From a virus (lineage: Duplodnaviria > Heunggongvirae > Uroviricota > Caudoviricetes): a stretch of DNA of 64,000 nt. Under the pieces are notes generated by a model. That model saw only the letters and a program-made list of their open reading frames with translations. It was not told the origin of the DNA and made no database searches. Where the stretch lies: the IMG/VR virus record IMGVR_UViG_3300031088_000735; one strand, written 5' to 3'. Every line of letters starts with the position of its first letter. The first letter of the stretch is position 1. The position numbers and the translations under genes are program-made. Below are positions 1 through 10,030 of this stretch, piece after piece.

Positions 1-189
1 GACATTTACGAAGACTTTTTCACTAATAATAAGGCTTTCAATTTTGAAACTGAAATCAATGAATTTGTTGTTAACTTTTTGAATGACTGGATTATCAACT
101 TTCATAAAGATCGCCCAGACATTTCATTTATTCCTGATGAAGTGTCGTTTAAAGATAAAGTGGAACTGTTTAAAATGATTGCGATTTAA
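1..189 (+). CDS. 3' end of a truncated hypothetical protein with the C-terminal M-tag (...KVELFKMIAI*)
   Basis: Frame 1 is open from base 1 to TAA at 187-189; translated by hand. Confidence 0.75.
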   Translation, partial: DIYEDFFTNNKAFNFETEINEFVVNFLNDWIINFHKDRPDISFIPDEVSFKDKVELFKMIAI

Positions 190-278
190 GCAGATTAATA
201 CTTTATCATTAATACCAACTTGTTGTTGATTAAAACTGTTAATATGTTAATATAATAGGCTCTTTGCAGGAGCTTATT

Positions 279-569
279 ATGTCTAACTATTTTGTAGAGC
301 TATTTAAGTATCATTCAAAACTCATCAACAAAAAAGTGGTTGTTGTATCTAATAAACATGTCGTTTTTGGAAAGCTCACAAGTTTCAAACAAGTCATCCA
401 CGGTGCAAAGCCAACATTTACGATTAAGTTTGAAAATAAAGATTGTGCTCTTTTTACCACTTCTGGTGTCATTATCCCTTACTATGATGGCGTAGAACAC
501 GATTTAAAACAAGATTTGAAATCAGTGTGTGAGCGATACCGTCTCGGTCCTTATTCGTTTACTCCTTAA
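279..569 (+). CDS. hypothetical protein, paralog of 27324..27584
   Basis: AGGAG SD before ATG 279; INKKVVVVSNKHVVFGKLTSFKQVIHGAKPTF resembles IGKKVSVVSKNNVSSGVLKSVSQVVYGVKPTY. Confidence 0.75.
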   Translation: MSNYFVELFKYHSKLINKKVVVVSNKHVVFGKLTSFKQVIHGAKPTFTIKFENKDCALFTTSGVIIPYYDGVEHDLKQDLKSVCERYRLGPYSFTP

Positions 570-616
570 TTGATTGAACTCTCAGACAGCTTCTGTTATA
601 CTACGGATCTATATTT

Positions 617-823
617 ATGGGAGATAGCATAATGGTTCAAGTATTTGAATTTGAAGGCGGCTGGGATGTGCCAGAAGAACGATCCAACAAAGATTTTAAA
701 GGTTTCGATGATCGTGATGTTTTTGGTGATGATCTCCCTACTCACAACATCAGTGGCCCCACTGCTGATGGTTACATGGAAATCGGTGGTAAGGTCTATG
801 ACATGAGTCGAACGCGGTCGTAG
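617..823 (+). CDS. small acidic hypothetical protein
   Basis: 68-aa ORF, no recognisable motif. Confidence 0.55.
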   Translation: MGDSIMVQVFEFEGGWDVPEERSNKDFKGFDDRDVFGDDLPTHNISGPTADGYMEIGGKVYDMSRTRS

Positions 824-893
824 TGTTGTTAATGGTAGAATTTATCAATAAAAGCCAGTAACTTATTTATTTTCAATTATTGAGGATACATTA

Positions 894-1379
894 ATGCGAA
901 TTCTAATTTTGATGGTCTTTTTGGTGAGTGCTTTGGGAACTTTTAAAATGTTCTCGGAAGGTAATGCAATTACAAGTCCACAGCCAAGGGAAGTAACACT
1001 TGTTGATACCAGTGTGAGCCAAACTTACCACGTTAGCCGCAAAGGTGATCGAACGTATAACGATCTAAATCAATGGGTGGTTACTGTAAAAGGTCACTTC
1101 ATTGACAAAAAGACTGGCACTACTTTTACTATGCTTATCCGCGATAAGTTGTTCTATGAATTTAAAGATGGTGTTGGTAAACCTATTCCATTGACCCTCA
1201 ATCTTCGTGCTGATTTGTTGGATGGCAACAATCTTGGGATGATAGCTTGGTTCTTGGGGTATTTTCTATTTTTTGTCAGTGGTGTTTCACTGGTTGCCTT
1301 TTTTGTCTATCCTAAAATGTATGAGCGAGTTTCATCTGATATCAATGAGACAATTGTTAAATTTGGGAAGACTGCTTAA
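894..1379 (+). CDS. two-TM membrane protein, member of a 4-copy paralog family
   Basis: GAGGA SD; hydrophobic N- and C-terminal segments flank VTLVDTSVS...KGHFIDKKTGTTFT..IRDKLFYEF, shared with 28724, 31327, 31813. Confidence 0.8.
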   Translation: MRILILMVFLVSALGTFKMFSEGNAITSPQPREVTLVDTSVSQTYHVSRKGDRTYNDLNQWVVTVKGHFIDKKTGTTFTMLIRDKLFYEFKDGVGKPIPLTLNLRADLLDGNNLGMIAWFLGYFLFFVSGVSLVAFFVYPKMYERVSSDINETIVKFGKTA

Positions 1380-1414
1380 AATTAAAGCCAATTTGATTGT
1401 TAAGTTGGCTTCTT

Positions 1415-2053
1415 TTAATACATTAACATTTCCATTATATCATTTGTTTCTTTTCCGCTGAGTATTTCAAAATCAACATAATTTTTAATATAATAAGCAA
1501 TATGTTGTTTATCTTTGAAATTGATGTTTTTAATGTCTAGTGTATTGCTTGACTCTACACTTAGTATTGTCCAATCGAAGTCTAATATTTTTGGGCCATT
1601 TGATTGTATATGAATATATTTGTCTTTAATAATCATGGTAAAACAATTTAATTCTTTAAAGACTAGTTTACAATATACGTTTTGTGTCATCATTTTTTCA
1701 TATTCTTCAATGCAACTATCAAGAAGCATGAGTATCCATCCATGATTTTGTATAGCCAGCGGGTTTATTTCTTCATCTTTTTTCAAAGGGAAATTCAGTC
1801 CCGGTAAATAATCTAAATACTCTTTTAACTTTTCAGCCTCATGGTCAAAAGTAAAATCAACTATGTGCTTTAAACTGCCACTTTCAGGTAGTAATTCTTG
1901 ATCTAACATAGCATTCAAAAAATAAAAATACCTCTCATTCCATATCTGAGAACTTCCCATAAATGCGATTTCATTTATTTCCCTTATAAAAGCCATTAAT
2001 ACAGCGATTTCTAATTCGTTTTTAAGTTCTTCTTTTATTTTATTTTCCATCAA
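1415..2053 (-). CDS. hypothetical protein with C-terminal M-tag (..DIMEMLMY*)
   Basis: 212-aa AT-rich ORF with GAGGA SD. Confidence 0.8.
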   Translation of the reverse strand: MMENKIKEELKNELEIAVLMAFIREINEIAFMGSSQIWNERYFYFLNAMLDQELLPESGSLKHIVDFTFDHEAEKLKEYLDYLPGLNFPLKKDEEINPLAIQNHGWILMLLDSCIEEYEKMMTQNVYCKLVFKELNCFTMIIKDKYIHIQSNGPKILDFDWTILSVESSNTLDIKNINFKDKQHIAYYIKNYVDFEILSGKETNDIMEMLMY

Positions 2054-2067
2054 TTCCTCTTAGTGTT

Positions 2068-2634
2068 TCAATAATAATATTCATAAATCTTGCCATTTAA
2101 TATATCACCAGTGTTCGGATCAAATGAATAGTAGGTGTATACATAATCATTATTTGCAGCTTCTTTTTTACCAAAAGACAAATTTGGTATTGATGAGTTG
2201 TCTGTTAAGGTAGACATCACATTGTTTTGACCTTTTATATTCACTTTAATGGATTTAATGTCTTTGTTGCTGATCTTTTCTTTGATCACTTTAAAATCGG
2301 CAAATTGCAGCTTTCCTAACCCCTTATCCAAATCTTTACCTGTTTCATTTAAACAAACATGATTAGTGCCTATGTCCATTTTCAAGTAATTGTTGGAATC
2401 TTTTTTCTTTCTGGCGAAGCAGTGCATTAGATATTTATCAGTGGCGGTTCTGTCTTCTGTTTCGTAACTGATAGACGCCGCTTCAAATAACCCACCAAAT
2501 GTTGCTAACTTAACCGTTTTGTTCGCTGGTACATTGATGAGTTGCACACCATTGTCTGCAGTAAACACTTTGGGTTCATCTGCCATTGCAATTGAAGATA
2601 TTGCACCCAGCAATACCATGACACTTAATTTCAT
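2068..2634 (-). CDS. secreted hypothetical protein
   Basis: AGGAG SD; Sec-type signal peptide MKLSVMVLLGAISSIAMA. Confidence 0.8.
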   Translation of the reverse strand: MKLSVMVLLGAISSIAMADEPKVFTADNGVQLINVPANKTVKLATFGGLFEAASISYETEDRTATDKYLMHCFARKKKDSNNYLKMDIGTNHVCLNETGKDLDKGLGKLQFADFKVIKEKISNKDIKSIKVNIKGQNNVMSTLTDNSSIPNLSFGKKEAANNDYVYTYYSFDPNTGDILNGKIYEYYY

Positions 2635-2812
2635 GATAAATCTCCTTAAAATATCAAAATTTTACCATTGTGCTATATGTTGTCAATATTATTAAAATAT
2701 TCTTCGATTAACGGAACTATTTCCAAGGACATACAGATGTTGTTTGCGGTTTTAATCCTTGTCTATTTTTATGTTTTTTGCTATAATCATGGAAATCGAA
2801 TAGGAACCTATC

Positions 2813-3157
2813 ATGAAAAAGAAAACTCCTTTGTCAAAGATTGCGGAAGTCGATGTTCAGATTGTAAAAATGAGCGAATCCTCTGGTAATGATCAGTTCT
2901 TTGTTCGTATGGTTCGAAATGACTGCACTGACTTTTTCAGCACTTCTGGACAGCTAGAACACTCTTGCTGGCAAACCCTTAAAAATAAACTTTCAAAAGA
3001 AGAGTGCCTTGCCCGTGCTTGGTTTGACGCTGGCTTCTTAGCTCGTTTCGTTGGCCTTAAATCTTTGAGCGAAATCAAAGTGCTTGGCCTTGATGAAGAA
3101 GAAGAAAAAATTCTTCGCAGCTCAATGACGCTGTTTCGAGAAAATGACGACGATTGA
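2813..3157 (+). CDS. hypothetical protein
   Basis: TGCTATAAT promoter, AGGA SD, terminator downstream. Confidence 0.75.
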   Translation: MKKKTPLSKIAEVDVQIVKMSESSGNDQFFVRMVRNDCTDFFSTSGQLEHSCWQTLKNKLSKEECLARAWFDAGFLARFVGLKSLSEIKVLGLDEEEEKILRSSMTLFRENDDD

Positions 3158-3260
3158 AACATAGGGGTATACGGCCCCTTTTTTTCTTGCATTCACATTA
3201 AAAACACTTTATCTGTCTCTTGAATTATGGTATAATTTACCAAATTTAGGAGACTTTCCA

Positions 3261-4394
3261 ATGTCTAAAACTTATGACCCACAATATTCAACTCAGGTAG
3301 CATTTAACCGCCCTATCATGGTCGAAATGCTGCAGAAACGAGACATTAATCTCGTTAAACACTGGTTTGAGCATGGTGAGCCAAACAAGAACTTAGCAGC
3401 GTCTGCACTGGACACCATGCTGTTCATGGGCTGGATTGAAGCTCTTGACCTCTTGTGGGATCTGGGTTGGCTGACGAAAAAGAACATCGTCACCAAAGCT
3501 TGGGATATTATCACCACGCCTAATGGCCGGTATTATGGTGAACCTATTGCCAGAACCCCAGCCGAAGCATGGCTCATTAACAAAACCTACAATGAAAAAG
3601 TGCTTTCGGCCAATGAGCTTAATAACTTGCGGTTGAATGTTTTGGCACAAGTCAGCAATTCTTCTGATTACTACTGGAACATGTTTTTCACACCAGATTT
3701 GAAGATGAAAGGCAAGCTGTCGCACACCATTTTCCATTCAGTCAAGTATTTCGCTTATTACGAACATAGCAACAAAGGTAATAAGCTGCAAAAGTCGCTC
3801 GACAATATTGATCGGATGAAAGCTCGGTTAGTTGAAGTTATCACACACCCTAATGGGTTTGAAGTGCCTTACTATTACATTCTTGATTTCTTGGTTGAAA
3901 TTGAAGACTATGATATGTTTTGGTTTATCATGAACAATAAGTTTATTGTCACTCAAAAAGAACTGTTCATTTTGGCAACACTGGCTTCTGTCTACTTCAA
4001 TGTCGTGGCTACCCGAATCAAGAAGATTGATGTAAGTGAAGTTGAAACAACTATTGATGAATTGTTGAAGTGTTTAGTAAAAGGCGGTTTGAAAGAGAGC
4101 GTTACCTTTACCAAAGAAGACTTCTTGGACACTTATTCGAGATTGTTTTCGAGTGGTTCGATGTCGCTTAAAAACATCAACATGTTGACACGCTATGGCT
4201 TCGACACAAGTGCTAGCCACCTTGAACGTGCTCCAACCTACTACAATGACCCTAAGCTTAGGGACATTACGTTCTATGTAGGTGATGCGGTCTTTGCAGT
4301 GCCTAAGAAGGATCGCTTTGACGTTCGTTATCTGCCACTGACTGAGCAAGAGCAAATGACGTTTAGACAGAAAATGTTGGCTTATCTCAAATGA
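3261..4394 (+). CDS. hypothetical protein, N-terminus weakly ankyrin-like
   Basis: 377-aa ORF with AGGAG SD; DINLVKHWFEHG...GWIEALDLLWDLG only loosely resembles ankyrin repeats. Confidence 0.8.
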   Translation: MSKTYDPQYSTQVAFNRPIMVEMLQKRDINLVKHWFEHGEPNKNLAASALDTMLFMGWIEALDLLWDLGWLTKKNIVTKAWDIITTPNGRYYGEPIARTPAEAWLINKTYNEKVLSANELNNLRLNVLAQVSNSSDYYWNMFFTPDLKMKGKLSHTIFHSVKYFAYYEHSNKGNKLQKSLDNIDRMKARLVEVITHPNGFEVPYYYILDFLVEIEDYDMFWFIMNNKFIVTQKELFILATLASVYFNVVATRIKKIDVSEVETTIDELLKCLVKGGLKESVTFTKEDFLDTYSRLFSSGSMSLKNINMLTRYGFDTSASHLERAPTYYNDPKLRDITFYVGDAVFAVPKKDRFDVRYLPLTEQEQMTFRQKMLAYLK

Positions 4395-4406
4395 GGCTTC
4401 GGCCTC
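4393..4406. terminator. Rho-independent terminator GAGGCTTCGGCCTC (copy 1 of 5 exact copies)
   Basis: 5-bp GC-rich stem, TTCG loop, T-run; identical at 16686, 18458, 22836, 27599. Confidence 0.85.
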
Positions 4407-4504
4407 ATTTTTGTTAGGACGTGATTCGTAAACAAAAAATAAATAATAAAACAGGCTTCTGGTATTTTATTGTAGACAATAAAAAAGAGGCCGTAGCCTC
4501 ATTT

Positions 4505-5107
4505 TTAATATGGTTTTATTTTTAATGGTGGTCTGCTTTTTGCTTCTGGACTGGTGTATTCTTCCATCATCTTCTTCACATATTCAGCCGTTTTTACTTT
4601 CAAGTCAGCTTCTGGTGTTTTTGATGTTTTCCATAAATCTCTCATTTCTTTAAATTCATCATAGTCACTGATGTGTTGTGAATACACTTGAATACCTGCT
4701 TTGTTTAAATCCATAACCAACTTTTCTTCAAACTTAGCATAAGATCCCATATCAAGCAGTGGCCCAGTGGTTAATCGACTTCTGAAATTTTCTCTTAATG
4801 TTTCAATACTTCTATGCATGCCAGTATAAATGAATGACATAGCAAGGGAGGCGTAGCCACCTGTTTTGATAATATCAGGGCTAATTGTATACAATTCATA
4901 GTTTTGAGAAATCGCCATGCCAATGGTAACTAAACCAACAGTGCCTGCTACTGCTCCAATGACGTTGTGTATTTTTGCCTTGGTTTTTATTGTCTGATCA
5001 AGTTCTTCTGTTTCTTTTTTCTCATTGTGCAACTTTTTGAAAAAATCAAAAACATCATAATACAATGATTCGCTAATTCTATCTTTGAATACTTGTTTGT
5101 TTTCCAT
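4505..5107 (-). CDS. two-TM hypothetical protein with basic C-terminal tail (..SRPPLKIKPY*)
   Basis: AGGTG SD before ATG 5107; two hydrophobic segments. Confidence 0.8.
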   Translation of the reverse strand: MENKQVFKDRISESLYYDVFDFFKKLHNEKKETEELDQTIKTKAKIHNVIGAVAGTVGLVTIGMAISQNYELYTISPDIIKTGGYASLAMSFIYTGMHRSIETLRENFRSRLTTGPLLDMGSYAKFEEKLVMDLNKAGIQVYSQHISDYDEFKEMRDLWKTSKTPEADLKVKTAEYVKKMMEEYTSPEAKSRPPLKIKPY

Positions 5108-5253
5108 AGAACACCTATTAAAAATGTGTATATTCATCATTATAACATATTTTTATATTTTTTGAAAATTGTTCTATTTATCTTTAATAGTTTTATTGAC
5201 TTTTTTACTTTTTTATCATAATATTTTGTTATATAACAAAAAAGTATATAAAT

Positions 5254-5670
5254 ATGAGATTGAAACAAACCGCTTTATTTTTTCTATGTATAATCCCAAT
5301 GTCAGCTTTCGCAAATTTTACTGTAATTTTACCATTAGAAGCTAGTAGTGGTGGTAGTTTGCCAAACAGCAGCATTGTTTTTTCTAATTCTGGTGGGGAC
5401 ACATCTATTCCACCACCGCCACCTGTTGACTCCGGTACAGACCCGGTTGATCCTAATGAAGATCCACGTATGCAAGCTTGTCGTGATAAGGAAGCACAAG
5501 TCATTAGTATTGTAGAACGTTATGGTCAAACTTTCAGTGGGCTTCGTCCTTACCATGACACTGATGAAGATGTTGTTTACTGTACGGCTGATTACACTCT
5601 TCCTGACGATCCTGAACGCAGTCAAGTTATTCAAGAATTAAAAGATATTGGTGTTGGCACCGCTATGTAA
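5254..5670 (+). CDS. secreted protein with signal peptide and FTVILPL mature N-terminus
   Basis: Signal peptide ending SAFA, followed by NFTVILPLEASSGGSLPNSSIVF, a Pro-rich linker and two Cys. Confidence 0.8.
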   Translation: MRLKQTALFFLCIIPMSAFANFTVILPLEASSGGSLPNSSIVFSNSGGDTSIPPPPPVDSGTDPVDPNEDPRMQACRDKEAQVISIVERYGQTFSGLRPYHDTDEDVVYCTADYTLPDDPERSQVIQELKDIGVGTAM

Positions 5671-5690
5671 TGTTGTTTTTGATAATAAAA

Positions 5691-5704
5691 GGGGCTTCGG
5701 CCTC
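5691..5704. terminator. terminator variant GGGGCTTCGGCCTC
   Basis: One-base variant of the repeated hairpin, flanked by A- and T-runs. Confidence 0.8.
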
Positions 5705-5730
5705 TTTTTTATTGTCTTTTTTGTCTAAAT

Positions 5731-6306
5731 TTGTTATTCTGCATCATTATTTGGAGTAACCATCAATTGAACAAACAAGATCACCTCACCTTTTTTTCAA
5801 GACTTCGTATTTTAGAAAAAATTGATACTATACATCCTATTGATATCAGTGGGTTGTATATAGATCTTTTATTTTTATATTCGAAATTGATTGAAAACAA
5901 CTTTGTCTTTGACGTTAAAACCGTTACTTATGAAGATTTGATTGAATTTGAGAAAGATTTTCCAAATAAAGTTGTCAAACCATTAAATAAAAGTTCAGTT
6001 CAAGCTCGTTTAATTTGGCTTAAAAAAATATATGCATTTGAACATGATGTAAAATCAGATTATGAAGGAAAGCCTGCATTGTTTTCAAACTCTGATTTGA
6101 GTTTGATTGTTACTGACGACAATATTTCCGTTAAAGTCTTCATTGATGGTAATTTGTTGCGTTATCATTCTTATAGTGTTGACGGCGTGGAATATCAGAT
6201 TGAAGACTCTATTTTGATGAAGCACTCTACTTTTTCACGTTTCATCTCGAATATTGTTGAGTATCATGCTTGCGAAAAATCTGTTCTGAAAATGGCATTA
6301 TATTGA
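5731..6306 (+). CDS. hypothetical protein with C-terminal M-tag (..SVLKMALY*); start may be TTG 5767
   Basis: AT-rich ORF; GGAG SD precedes TTG 5767. Confidence 0.7.
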   Translation: MLFCIIIWSNHQLNKQDHLTFFSRLRILEKIDTIHPIDISGLYIDLLFLYSKLIENNFVFDVKTVTYEDLIEFEKDFPNKVVKPLNKSSVQARLIWLKKIYAFEHDVKSDYEGKPALFSNSDLSLIVTDDNISVKVFIDGNLLRYHSYSVDGVEYQIEDSILMKHSTFSRFISNIVEYHACEKSVLKMALY

Positions 6307-6314
6307 TTTAAGAA

Positions 6315-6503
6315 TTATAGATAAACAATCACATACTCGCCGGGAAGCATTTTGTAATAGCACATGACATTTTGTTTTCCATCTCCAATCTTTGGATTGT
6401 GTTCCAATACATCGCTATTATCTTTTCTTTCTAAGGCTATGCCTTCAAATCTTCTTTTCTCTACATTTTTTACATCGTATACAACTGTATGAGGCACTTT
6501 CAT
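6315..6503 (-). CDS. small hypothetical protein
   Basis: 62-aa ORF with AGGAAG SD in an otherwise empty interval. Confidence 0.55.
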   Translation of the reverse strand: MKVPHTVVYDVKNVEKRRFEGIALERKDNSDVLEHNPKIGDGKQNVMCYYKMLPGEYVIVYL

Positions 6504-6674
6504 AACAACTTCCTACTTATTAAATCATTTATTTATTTAAATAATACTATAATGTACGGCTATATCAATAGATTATTTAATATTATTTATTTTTACTTGT
6601 GTTGTCTTTGTTTTGTATTTAAATTATTCATATTTATGATATAATAATATTATTGAATAAAAATATTATTACTT

Positions 6675-8519
6675 ATGAATTTGAAAGAAAGTTTAAGAGC
6701 CATAGAGAAAGCTACTAGTCGTGTGGTTGATACAGGTTGGGATAGTGTTTATGGAGAACGTTTAAATTACAATGAAATGTACTTTATACCCCATTTTAAA
6801 AATAATAAAGCCAATAGAAGAATGTCACAAATACCTTTGTTGGCAGATACGATTGCTAAATTATCCAATTATGTTGAAACTATAAAAAATACTGATATTC
6901 ATGCATTGACAACAGTAGACGCAATTAATCTATATGGTTCACATGTATACCCGACTGAGATGGAAAGACAGAACGTTACTAAAAGAACATCTCTCGACTT
7001 TGAATTAAATCATGCATGGCTTGGTTTTTACTCGGCTGAACTTAATGGTTCTCGTGAATTTGATGACGACATGTCAGATGATCTCGAAGATCAAGTTATC
7101 GCCATTAATCGCATGGCTGAAAAACTTGAACAGCAACATATCAACATTAATAAGTTTTTAATGTTTAACTACACAGTGACTAATCAGTTAGCTATTTCAT
7201 TGCAACATGAAGATGATAGAGCTTACGTTGCGGAAGCCGCTATCAATTACATTACCCACAACCTTCCAGACATCGAAGATTTTAAATCTTTGTATGCAGA
7301 CTATGTGGCTGCGAATGACAAATTTTTAACTGATGTTAAAGCTGAACTTGTTAAAATCAACCCTGATATATTTGTTACTAATGCTGAATTGTTTATCTCA
7401 GCCTTAGAGAAGAGCACTGGTACTAATGCAGTTGAAGGCTTCTTGATTGAAAAAATGTTGACGGACGAGGCTGTTATTACCTCAGTTGATTTTACTGCAG
7501 GACAAGCTATTAATAAGGCTATTCTTTTTGATGATGCCAGTATTGCTTATAAACAAGATGGTCAATACCATACATTCAAAGACAACCAAAGTCTTGATAA
7601 CTTCATGTTTACGCTCAACCATAGTGCTCTTTCTTACATATTAAGAAAAAAGCCAACTACTATTCCTTTTTTCAAGGAAAAATTAATAGAAGATAAACAT
7701 TACGCTAACGCTATCAGTGCGGCTACATCGTTTATTGATAATTACACTGTTTTGAAACAATATAACTATGACCTCAATTCTTTCAAAGATAAGAGTTTTG
7801 AGGCTATTGATGACGAAATTAACCATGTTGTTGACAGAAATAAAATTAAACAATATGCATTTAGTATTCTTAGTTCTAAAAATAAACACTTATTTAATGA
7901 TGAAACAGAGTCTTATTTCAAAGCATTGTTTGACAACAATGTAACGACATCACAACTGCAAACGTTTGTAGGCAAAAAACTGGCTGCTTTGCATTCTAAC
8001 GAAGATGTTATTATGATGTTAAATGGAATTCGTAACCATTTCGATGGATTTACTCAGGAAGCGTTAACGTTGAAATTAGAATCTTTTGGTATTAAGAAAT
8101 TACATGATCAAGATAATGTGGTTACATTTGCTGTTGCTAATTACACTCAATGTGAAGCGTTAGGGTCAACTTCTTGGTGTATTGTTCGAGATCAAGACTA
8201 CTATGATCAGTATGTGACAGACCATCGTAATATCCAGTATATGATGTATGACTTTAATAAACCATCTACTGACATCAATTCTATGATTGGCTTCACTGTA
8301 GAGCGTTCTGGGGCTATTTATGCCGAACATTTGAAAAATGATGATGCGATTTATTCTCATAGCAAAGATGAACAATTGACCCATATACAAACCAACACTA
8401 TTTATCAAAACAGAAAGAACCATAAATTATCAGAAGAAACCCTATTCGCAATGGAAGAGTCTCTGGGCGTTCAGAATGTTGTTAAACCAACTAAACCTTT
8501 AAAAATGAGAACTATATGA
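6675..8519 (+). CDS. large hypothetical protein A1 (GxTSWCI domain, possibly PcfJ-like), basic tail ..KPLKMRTI*
   Basis: 614 aa; clear paralog of 11043..12875 (LRKKPTTI, FDNNVTTSQLQTFVGKK, LGxTSWCIVRD). Confidence 0.85.
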   Translation: MNLKESLRAIEKATSRVVDTGWDSVYGERLNYNEMYFIPHFKNNKANRRMSQIPLLADTIAKLSNYVETIKNTDIHALTTVDAINLYGSHVYPTEMERQNVTKRTSLDFELNHAWLGFYSAELNGSREFDDDMSDDLEDQVIAINRMAEKLEQQHININKFLMFNYTVTNQLAISLQHEDDRAYVAEAAINYITHNLPDIEDFKSLYADYVAANDKFLTDVKAELVKINPDIFVTNAELFISALEKSTGTNAVEGFLIEKMLTDEAVITSVDFTAGQAINKAILFDDASIAYKQDGQYHTFKDNQSLDNFMFTLNHSALSYILRKKPTTIPFFKEKLIEDKHYANAISAATSFIDNYTVLKQYNYDLNSFKDKSFEAIDDEINHVVDRNKIKQYAFSILSSKNKHLFNDETESYFKALFDNNVTTSQLQTFVGKKLAALHSNEDVIMMLNGIRNHFDGFTQEALTLKLESFGIKKLHDQDNVVTFAVANYTQCEALGSTSWCIVRDQDYYDQYVTDHRNIQYMMYDFNKPSTDINSMIGFTVERSGAIYAEHLKNDDAIYSHSKDEQLTHIQTNTIYQNRKNHKLSEETLFAMEESLGVQNVVKPTKPLKMRTI

Positions 8520-9952
8520 AAAAAGCAATGTCAGAAGATTTTTTAACTTTACTTGATGATTTCAAATTATCCAACAATATTACGGATACTAACTTTGACT
8601 ATTATGCAACCTTGAAATTCTGTAAATCTACATTTTTGAATGACTTTTATGATATTTCTCTTGTAAAAACAGACTCTCAACAATATCCTATTTTATTACA
8701 AATGAATGGTAAAGCACTTGTTTTTAAAATGAAAGATGCTAATTTTGCTGGCATTTCCGATGATGAAGTCAAGAATTTTGTACCTTTTTTAACAAATAAA
8801 GACTATTCTCATGTCAGTCATCTAAACACTATACTGAAAGAGAGCACATCTTTTAAATCGTTTGTTGATAATGTTAATTCTGTATTTGGTGAAGGCTTTG
8901 ACTTACATGCACTTGGTGGTGTTTCTAAAGACATCATGGCTTTTAAGGTTTCTAACACACTTAATACATTAATCAATAAATTAAAAGACGTATATATAAA
9001 AGATTATGAGATTAGCTATTTATTACAAGTATTAGAGGACGAATTGTCTTCTGGTATATTTGTTGGTCGTGGTATTGATGTCTCACAAATGTCACATGAT
9101 TTTAAACGTTATGTGAAGCCCAATTCGAATGAATTTTCAGGTGATCCAGAAACTTATTATGATGTTTTAATGGAAAAATATTATAAACACTTAGATCAAT
9201 ATTTTGATTTGTTTAAATTTCAGCAAACGTTAAAAACAGGTGTTATGCTTAATTCAAAAACGGATGATCAACTGTTAGACACAGCTTTGTTAAATGAATT
9301 TATTACTGTCGTTAAGGCGAGACAACCAACTTGGTTTCAGTCGTTTGATGAATCAATGATTCACTCAGTGACCGATGATAACACCATTAGAGCCGCTGGA
9401 ATACCTTTGATTGACAAGACTGCTGACTTTGATTTGATTAATCCTAGATTGTGTTTGGCAAGTGCTTATCCAACCAGTATAGATGGCTACACTAATGTTT
9501 CAGAAAGTTTTATGAAAGCAGATACCAACTCAGTCCATTTGTATGGCGATAATGTGTTCTTTAAACCTTATTACCATAATCTTATTATCAATGAAAAGGA
9601 AAATCTAAGGGTTTGCACTTATGTTCATTCTGAACTGGGACTGTCTTTAAGTGATGATATGAAATTCAGTTTCCTTTTACCTGTATTAGATTACTTAGAA
9701 AAAAACAAAATCATTCTTGATTTAGATGACAGCAATGAGTATTACTTAACTCTCTTGAATTATATAAAGAAAGAAGACCTATCAGCACTTATAAAAGAAA
9801 AATACCCTAATCTTATCTTTTTAAATTCTGACACAGACCTTAAGAAGTCTATTGAAATTAGCCATGCAACATCCTTCAAAGAAGCGTTGAAAATCTATAA
9901 GCAAGATGATAAACCAACTCCCAAAAACACTACATTAAAAAACGCCTTGTAA
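8516..9952 (+). CDS. hypothetical protein B1, translationally coupled to A1
   Basis: ATGA stop/start overlap; paralog of 12872..14278 (TDDNxIRAAGIPL, VHLYGDNVFFKxYYHNL). Confidence 0.85.
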   Translation: MKKAMSEDFLTLLDDFKLSNNITDTNFDYYATLKFCKSTFLNDFYDISLVKTDSQQYPILLQMNGKALVFKMKDANFAGISDDEVKNFVPFLTNKDYSHVSHLNTILKESTSFKSFVDNVNSVFGEGFDLHALGGVSKDIMAFKVSNTLNTLINKLKDVYIKDYEISYLLQVLEDELSSGIFVGRGIDVSQMSHDFKRYVKPNSNEFSGDPETYYDVLMEKYYKHLDQYFDLFKFQQTLKTGVMLNSKTDDQLLDTALLNEFITVVKARQPTWFQSFDESMIHSVTDDNTIRAAGIPLIDKTADFDLINPRLCLASAYPTSIDGYTNVSESFMKADTNSVHLYGDNVFFKPYYHNLIINEKENLRVCTYVHSELGLSLSDDMKFSFLLPVLDYLEKNKIILDLDDSNEYYLTLLNYIKKEDLSALIKEKYPNLIFLNSDTDLKKSIEISHATSFKEALKIYKQDDKPTPKNTTLKNAL

Positions 9953-10030
9953 GGTGTTTTTTTGTGGCTAACATTATTGTTTTATGATATAATATCAACA
10001 ATATTTTATTTATCTACAGGTGATGGTGTT

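Noticed and set aside
3261-3500. Firm ankyrin-repeat call for the 377-aa protein
   Set aside because: Only one loosely matching unit and no TPLH-type consensus; left as hypothetical.
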